In this document: positions 28,601 through 37,600 of the stretch, one piece after another
Layout: each line of letters opens with the position of its first letter
Position numbering within the stretch: the first letter of the stretch is position 1
Origin: a virus
Taxonomy: Duplodnaviria; Caudoviricetes
IMG/VR virus record: IMGVR_UViG_3300030109_003595
Span: 9,024 to 73,023 of that record
Length of the DNA stretch: 64,000 nt
Strand: one strand, 5' to 3'
Notes under the pieces: generated by a model
The model's input: only the letters and a program-made list of their open reading frames with translations
What the model was told of the DNA's origin: nothing
The model's database searches: none
Made by a program: the position numbers and the translations under genes

Positions 28601-31600
28601 TATTCACCCTGAAACCAGTGGAATTACTGTATGGGTTACCTAGGTATGTCATCAGGTTGTTTCCTATGCCATCCACTGGTGGTGATGCCTCAGGGCTGTG
28701 TACCATAGCGCCAACGATAGGTAGGTGACTGAGTGCTGTTATTGCAGAGGATGCGCTACCATAAGGTGAGAAACCGAGCATCGGATGCCAAGCACCTAGT
28801 CCAGCGGCATATCCCTGTGTTCCCACCTTCAGGCTGTTGAGGTAGGAGTATCTCTCTCCTGCCCATCCCATTGTCCCTATCGGTCTTGTCCTGTCTATGG
28901 CATCGACCAGACCTGAGAAGTGACTCTGGCACATGTGGTCACGACTTGCTGTGTTTTCGTTGTTGAATCTGTGAACTCCTGCTTTCGACCATACCCAAAT
29001 ACTCCCTGAGTTGACTGTGGGGAATGTATCTTTATCGCCAGTTGTATCATACCAAGTGGTCTGGTCCTCAAACTTCATTTGTCCACTTATTCTGTTCGGT
29101 GCGAGGTAGAACTTGGCCTTCCAAGCACCGTCGTTGTGTACCTCTCTGGCATAGTAGGGAGCGAAACCTGAAGCGTCTGTCCTGAGCCAGCCGCATGCAG
29201 GTAGCCTCTCCAACTCATCCTGCGTGCCTCCGGTCACTGTGATGTGATTATTATCAGGGTCACTGTCTGAGTTGACTATTGCAGAGTAGGTCTTCTCCAC
29301 CCACCCGTACCTATCCTGTCTCATTGCGTTGCCCATTGATGGCATGTGCGTGCCACCCATGGCCTTGAGTGCACCAGCACCGGGAAAGGCATTGATGGCT
29401 GACCCTACCACTGTGGCTAGTTCCTCACCGTTCTGGCATCTTGTCGCATCCACGATGATGTACTCCATGTCCACCTCGCTAGAGGCAACGACTTCGCTGT
29501 ATGCCAGTACCTTGGTGGTGATTGGTCCTGCCACCCTGTATGCGCTTGGATGCAATGTGGTATCTGATGAACCACTGCCCCATCTCTGTAGTATGGTTTC
29601 ACCCTTGGGATGTGGCGGGTTGAATGTGATTTGGTTGTCCATCCAATGACCACCGGGGTGGTATCCCCCATCCATGTGATACACCATGTCTGCGGCCATG
29701 GCTACACCGTGTCCTATCACCGAGCAATGTCTCATTGGGTGAGCCTTCTTCAAATCGTCATCTATGCCTGAGGTTGCTGTTCTCACATTGAAGTGATTGC
29801 CGTACATCCTGCCTGATGCCTGTGACTGCTTGAGTATCGCTAGGTTGGGCTTGCCTTGTGGTGTCTCCCAGTTGAGGGTCGTTCTCCAGTGGAATCTACC
29901 TCTTGCCAACTGGTAGGCAGAGGCCTCAGGCATGAAGTAGCCCTCACCGAAAGTGCCGTTTGCAAGCACCCCGTCGCTCTCTATGTGATTGGGGAATCTC
30001 CTAGTGCTGGTAGCCTTGGGTACTTTGCTGTGTCCGTTGCCGTTCACTATGACCCTACCCGGATGGGGTTGTTTGATGTTGTAACTACCGGCGTTGTCTG
30101 CCACCTCCTGTGCGAATGGGAACGCCTGACCCGGCCCGAAGATGATGTACGTGGTCTTGCTGTCTGTCCCATCCCTGTGGTCCTCGTATCTGGCAGTGGG
30201 GTGTGCGAACCTGAGTATCAGTGGGCTGGGCTTCTGCACTGCGACATCAGTGCCTGAGTTGTTGGTGTAGGGAGTGGAGTTGGGATGACTGCTGTTGATT
30301 GTGCCTGTGCCTCTGGATATGTCTGGTGACAGTATGTTGTCCCTGTTGAACATCGGTGGTAGTATGCTTCCCCTGTGTTGATTACATAAAGCAGCACCGG
30401 GGAAGAAGGCGAACATCGCATTGCCGTCAAGCAGGGCGAAACTGGTGGATATCTCGTTGGCGTTCTGTATGCCTGTAGTCCCTGTAGGGCCATTCGCATA
30501 CGGATGTGTGTAGAATGAGGAGTAGTCGTTCTTCGTACCGTCGTTGATGTCGAGCGTCACACCGCTGAATCCACCACCGAAGAACAGGGGCACGCTGTGG
30601 TCGGTGCTGCTCTTCCCCCCTCTGAAGAACACGTATGGCTCGGAGAACACGCTGCCTAGCGAGCGCAGTCCATCGAAGTGCTTGGTCACATCCACCTTGG
30701 CCCAGTGCGAGAAGGCTAAGATGTCACTGACCTCAGCAGCGGGCCAGTCCTCTGATGCGTTTGACCAGACAAACTTGGTCGTGCTAGTCCCGCCATTGAG
30801 ACTTTCTACAGTGACAGACTTCTTGTCGTTCATGAAGATGGTCTTGGTCTCACCGAATGACGGTATCTTGCTGCCAGAACCCTCCTGCCCTGCCGGTATG
30901 AGGAAGTTCCACATCTCGTGGTCTAGTGTGAGGTTCTGAGTGCCTCCCGCTGCCCAATCGCTGTTTGCGGAAGAGGCATGTGCGAACACCGCTGTCGGAT
31001 TGTTTATCATCGGCAGAATGTGGTCTCCACTGTGGCGTGTGAAACTCTCACCCTTCAGGTTCTTTCTCCAGTCGCTGATGTCAACGGGGTTGTTCAGTGA
31101 GTCAACCAGCACAGGAGTAGCCGTATTGCCGTTAGGTCCTCTGCTTCTGGTGGCTATCTGAAGAACGGTCTTGGGTATGTACCCGCAGGCTATTCTTCTG
31201 TTGATTTCTATGTCTGCGTCTCTCGTCGCTCTGGATGTGCCGAAGGACCAGCCTGTGTTTTGCAGTTGTGTCTTCTCCACCTCACCGAACTCGACATGCG
31301 CCGCTTGCATCCCGAAATCGTTGTGCAACGATGCGCTGAAGAGGTCTGATATCGGTGTGATGTTCTTGGTGGGGTCGAATGCTCGTATGGTGATGGCATC
31401 AGGCAACACACCCATGTCACCGAACGTCTTGCCGTTGGTGGCATACATCTCGGTGCAGTCGAAGTTTATGCCCTCGGTCAACTGAAGCGCTGTTGCATTG
31501 ATTGCAGCAGTGGTGACAGCAGCCATCAACTCATCAGTGACGAGCGTAGTCCAGTTGAGGGTAGGGCTGATGAGATATTCCCCACTGTCATACGTGTGGT

Positions 31601-34600
31601 CTGCCTCATCACCAGCGATACCAAAGAACTTGTGAGTACCACTCTTGTCATTCTGTGTCCTTCTCGTGTAGGAGTAGGTCATGGCTTCGTTGCCGCCTCC
31701 AGCGTCTGTCACCTGTATCATGCCGTTCGTGACTGGGAAGCCGAGGTATCCTAGCACATCGTGATGTGCGAGTCCACTATTGTTGTCGAAAGGTGCTTGT
31801 AGGTCTACTGTAAGAGTAGTACCGCTTCTGCTTATTTCGCAGTCCACTGCTATGTTTGGTGCAGACACCCCTCTCCATCTGTTGCCTGTCCATTTCTTCT
31901 GTGTCATTGTACTGGCATTGTCTGTGTTCATCCTTCCAGTGGCATCACCAGTGCCACGCATGTGCTTGCCTATGGTGAAGCCGCCCTGCGTCGTGTCCCT
32001 GTCATCGAAGAAGATACAGACCTCATTGGAGATGGTATCGGGTAGGACAGTGTTGTCATTTGCAAAACCTAGTCCTGCACCTCTGTAGATGTAGCGTATA
32101 CCGTGATTGCCTCCCCTGTGGTCTGTCAGTTTGAGACCGTATATTGGTGAGTCCCCTAGCGTGTCGGATTTCAGTTGGTTAGCATCAGTGTGAGACGTGT
32201 AGGATACGACCTCTGTGGTTTGCCCGTATGTGTCTCTGAAGTCTTGAGAGCCTTTCTTGCCAAAGCCCCAAGGTCCTGCTATTGGTGAGAATCCGGGTAC
32301 ACCGCTGGCTACCAGTCCACCGAAATTGACTCTACCGAAAGAGTTCTTGCCGACTCTGAGTCCCTGTATGATGGTGGATGATGAGCCTATCGTGGAGAAT
32401 GACTCGGTGTTGACGGTATTGAACTGCTGGCCTCCACCCAGTGCATTCGATATGGCTCTGATGACGGGGCTGCTGTCATCGTCGGAATCTGTGAAGTCAG
32501 TCGTGCTGATTACATTCTCCCCCGTCTCGTCTGGGTTGACGTACTGAGTGAGCGTGGTGATTGGTGCGAAAGGCCTACCGTGCTTGTTGAGTGGCATGGG
32601 TGCGGGATGCATGTTCTCACCCTCCTTCTCCTCAGGGAGTGCCCAGAAGTCACGCCATCTACCACCATGCCCTATGAGGAAGTCCGGTTGGTAGACGCTC
32701 TGCCCCTTGCTGTTGTCGAGCCATACGCAGAAGTTCCTTCCACTAGCACCGGGCACGGTGCTGTGAATGACGACAGTGAAGCCCCTGTTGCCATTCCTGT
32801 CCTGCACTTCCCTTCCCATGTGTGCTCTGACGTACCCCATGTGAGTCCCTCTGTCACGAGAGGAGAACGCCTTGTCTGTATCCCAAAAGGGAGCGGGGTC
32901 ATGGGCGCTGCCGGTAGTGTCCTTGTCAACAACGATTTGTCCCTTGGGAGCACCTGCTTGGTTGATTTGCCTGACAATCTCCTGTGCTGCTGATTCTATC
33001 GACACCACACCAGACTTAGTAGAAACAGCGCCGCAGTCTATCGAAAGCCTTCTCAGGAAGTCCATGTCTGTCCATTGCTTGAGATGCTGTAGCCTATCTT
33101 CCTCATGACCTGTGAGGTCGAGCGATGTGTCTCTTATCCCTTTGAGACACAGGAAGGCTGGTATGACACGAGTGCCGTCTGGTGTATCGAAAAAGGTCGA
33201 TGGGTCTCTTAGGGTAGTGGGGAAAGTGTTCGTGGATGCGTCTCTTCTGAGTTTGACCAGTGCCGCTGTGAATGCCTCGGTCAACGACCTCTTTGTCCTT
33301 GAGAAGGCATGGTCGCTGCTCGCTGTGAATGGATTGACCGTAGAGTCGTTTGTCCTCGGTAGAACGCTGTCTCCCATTGAGTACTTGTTGGCCTCACCAA
33401 ATATGCTGTATCCGGTATGCACGTGGTGACCGTGAGCCTTGCCGTATATTCCCGGTGATGAGGATGTGACTGCGCTAGCAGGCAGGTTAGACGGTAGAGT
33501 GCCGTTGACCGCTGTCATCACGTTAGTGCCTATCCTGTTGGCTAGGTCATGTGAGTATGCGCTCTCTATGAACTTGGACTGCTGTGTCGAGCGGATGTAC
33601 CTGTTCTCGCTGGGGTAGCCGTTTGCTACGTCTATCTGGGTGGTTATCCACGAAGGACCACCACCGTTGAAAGTGGCAGTGTACTCAGCCAAGTCCACTG
33701 GTGCTGTACCACTACCCACCACCATATTCCTCGGTCTGCCGATTGTGACTGCCTCTGCACTCGTCTGGACTTGCATGTGTAAGTCTTGGAAAGCAATGAA
33801 CTCCTTGTCATGAGCCACGTCGTAGAGAAGCACTCTAGCATGCCCATCCTCAGCCAGATAGGGGTCAACATAAGCCACCTTGGGTGCTTGTGACTCAGCG
33901 AGGCCCAGTGACTTGTAGTTCTCCTTGACTGTCTGGTTGACGTGCTGTGCGTAGTTTATGGCTGTCTCAAGGCAGGTGTCACCGATGAGGAAGTTCTCCA
34001 ATGGCACGCTCTCCCTAGGTCTGGATGCAGCGAGGCTGGCTACACCGCCGTTGAATCCCTTCCATACCTGAGCCTCGTTGAACACACCTCTGCTTTTGGA
34101 GAACAAACCCTCTGTCGCATAGGGGTTGTTGATTGTCATGTTGGCCCATATCGTGTCACCGCTCCTCAGTCCACCAGCAGCGTATGGGTAGTTCCACGAC
34201 TTGTTGAGAACAGCGTCAGGGTCTTCCTCGTATGCGTTGGCTATGGAAAGCCTTAGTGGTTTTGCTGAAGCAGTGTTCTTAGCAAACCCTCCTAGAGTTA
34301 CAGAGTAAGTACCATCGTCGTAGTCCTCTATTTTAGACACTGTTCCTATGTAGAGTATCTTACTGGTCGTTTCCTCTGAGTAGAGTAGGTCTCCCTTTCT
34401 TAGATTCAGGCCTAGAGTGTTAGAGCCTGCTAGCCTGCCGTTGCTGTTAGAAATAGTCACATTAAAACTGATTAGTGAAGAAGCGGTGATTGTCCACCCA
34501 TCGTCTGCACCGATATCTAAGGGTCTGAAGGTCTTGGCTATGTTCTCGTTGTTGGCCTCCTTCAAGGCTGCGTTGTTGCCGTCATCCCCGTCAACATCAC

Positions 34601-37600
34601 CGAAGATGTCCCTCACCCTTCTGGTCAGTCTTATCTCATTGGTGGGTAGTGCGGTCACCCAACTCGGCTCTGATGATGATACATCCCTGTATACGAAGAC
34701 TAGGGTATTGGCTGCAATGACATCATTGATGCTGTTCTTGGTGAGTCTGCCGTAGTAGTGGAACTTCCTGACTGCACCAGTGCTGTCTATAGTCTCCGCC
34801 TCATACAGGAACTCGCCTGATGAGAAGGAGTACGCACTCATGTCCTCGTAGTCCAAGTCAGGGAAGAGACCCATGTCCTCCTCAGACATGGTGACGAGGA
34901 TTTGGTTAACGAACGCACCACTACTCCCTGACAGATTCTTGAAGTTGACAGTGTTGACTGTGCCCACTGCCCTACCACTCACTATCCTCGGTGCGTGTGG
35001 GTTGGACTCAGGCCCTTCCTTGAACTCCACTGCGCTGACGTACTGACGCAGACCGTAGTCCACGTTACCTCCCTGTGTCTTGACGCTGGCTGAGTCATGG
35101 TAGTACTCCGACCTGTTCTCGAAGTCCGAGGATGGTGTGAATGCATCAGAGCCTATCGGGACTATGCCCTCCAGTGGAAGCGAAGGTCCACCAGTAGTTA
35201 TTGAAGCACCAACAACAGCCTCATCGAGGAATCCTGAAGAGTAGGCCCAGTTCGCTGCATTATCTCCTTTAGGCACTTTTAGAAGAGTCTGACCAGTCGT
35301 CAAGTCCATTTCAGTGTAGTAGGCCCACTCTCCGCTGGCTAGGAACATCTTCCTGTAGTTCCTTACGTTATCCACGTTCTGGTATGACTCATCGTCATCA
35401 GAGTTCTCTTGCAAGGCTAGGCTACCGGTATCGTGTCCCTGCTGCACTCTAGGGAACATACCGATGTCTTCCACATAAATGAAATACTGGTATTGAGTGC
35501 TGCTGACCTTAGTGATTCTGGTTGATGGTGTGTACCTGTTCTGCCTCTTGTTGAGGGCATAGGCTGACATTGCTTCCCTGTCCGAAGGCTCGACACCCTT
35601 CGGTCTCCTACCCACAGGACTTGGGTTGTACGTGTGCGGGGTGTGTGTAGCGTCTATGTGAATCTTGAACGAGTTGTCTGGTCCGGGGAAAGTGCCGGTT
35701 CGCACGTCATCGAAAAACTGGTTTGCGAAGAACGGTATCTCCACCATCGCCCTTGTGCTTGCGTATTGAGTGCCGAGTTGGTAGTCATGCTGCACATCGC
35801 TCATGCCTTGGAACATCCTGTCATTGAGGGTAGTACCATCCTCAGCGAGGGATGACTCATCGAAGAATCGGTCTGCGAATAGAGTCACTGAGACGCTCAC
35901 TATACCCAATGTGTTTCCACTGGCTATGTCAGTAGCAGACAACCAGTCTGCGAAGACTGTGAACTCAGTGCCATTGGCAAGCAGGAACTTGCCCTCTCCC
36001 GCACTGCTGGCATCAGTGAATGTGAAACTCGTACCATCCTTGCTGTCGTATCTAGCACTGCTACCATCTTGTAGGTAGACTCTACCTAGGTCAGGGAATC
36101 CGTATGTGCCCCAAGAGGCCAAATCAGTGGAGTTGTTATTGAGAGGTTTGACTCCCAATGCTCCACCACCACTGCTTGCAGTGGCCAAGTTAGCGAGGGT
36201 AGCGGTGTTTCTCCTAGTCGAGAAGGGTAGTCTAGCCAGTGGGCTTGGGTCGTATGTGGGTTTGACATCCATAGCACCCTGACCCGGACCACCAAGGGTG
36301 ACTGTGACTACGGGTGCGTTAGGCTCTATCTCCTTGACCACCTGTGAGTCTGGGCTGCCCTTGCCTCTCACACTTACTGCTCTGTTGACTGTTGACTCTG
36401 TGAGACCCACACATCGCACTGTGGTGAAACTGTCACCACCTTGGTCAGAGTCTAGCACCGCTCTGATTCTGGCTCTGCTCATGAGATACATCATAGTGAT
36501 GTTGTTAGGCTCTTTGAAATCGCTAGACTGCGACCTAAGTCCTGATAGTTGATTGACTCTCCTCCTATCAGAGGGTTGTATGAAAACTCTCACACTACCA
36601 TCATCTTGGAACTGATTGTCGATGACATCGAACATTTCGTAGATGTGTGTGCCAGAACCTGTGCCTGCTTTGTCGAACTCACCGTTGGATGGTGATTGTA
36701 TGACCTCGCTAGGCTCTCTCCTGAAGTACAGACCTTTGTCTGTGAGAGAGTCGTTCTTGCTCCTGCTGGGTTCTATGACCATCTTGTTGAACACTGAGTC
36801 GTGTTTAGTGGTTGGTGTGTGCGAGGCTGTGATTATCTGTGGTGTTTGATTAGGGTAAGCATTAGTACCTATTCCTATGTACAACTGCTCTCCATTAGTG
36901 ACAGCAGCGGCACGGTTGGTAGTCAGCGTGATATTAGTGCCTATACCACCTGAGGCTATTGTCCCGACGAACGCTAGATTAGAATTGTATATGTCGTCGC
37001 CTTCCGCTATATGTGTACTCTCACTGCTGTTTCCGCTAGTGGTGATGGAAGTGCCCCCGCCAGATGCTTGGTCGCCGTCTACGGTGATTCCGGTGGGTGT
37101 CATGGGTTTGTAGTTGATTGGTGTCAGACTCTCATCCAATTCATCATCAGCCTCATATCCCTCGCTCACATCTCCTATGAGAGAGTGATTTTGCCTCAAT
37201 GACCCTTTGAGCACATCAGTGTCTGTGAAGTCTATGTAGCCACCAGCAGCGAACACCTCTGACCTGATGGTGTTTGTTTCTATCGCTGTCTTGATTAGGC
37301 TGAAGACAGTTGTAGTACCAGTGACTATGGTAGTGCCAGCAGGTACTGTCTTCTCCACCATCAACAAAGGTTGGCTAACACCACTCATACTAGCCCCAGT
37401 CAGGTCTATCGCATTGTAGTAGACCTTAACGAAGGGGGCGAGGTCGTACGAAGTCAGGGCAGGTACTTTGAGGAGTGCTACCCTGCTCTTCTCACTAGGC
37501 CTGAGATGAAGTCTGCGCGTCTCTGCATTGAGATTGTCTAAGTCTTGAGGAACAGGACCTTTCAACATGAAAGGTAGGTAGTCGAAACTAGGTCCACCGA

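Noticed and set aside
34581-34607. GDVDGDD in the giant protein resembling the RNA polymerase DxDGD motif
   Set aside because: Lacks NA/RxP context and double-psi barrel features; sits in an Asp/Gly-rich structural protein.
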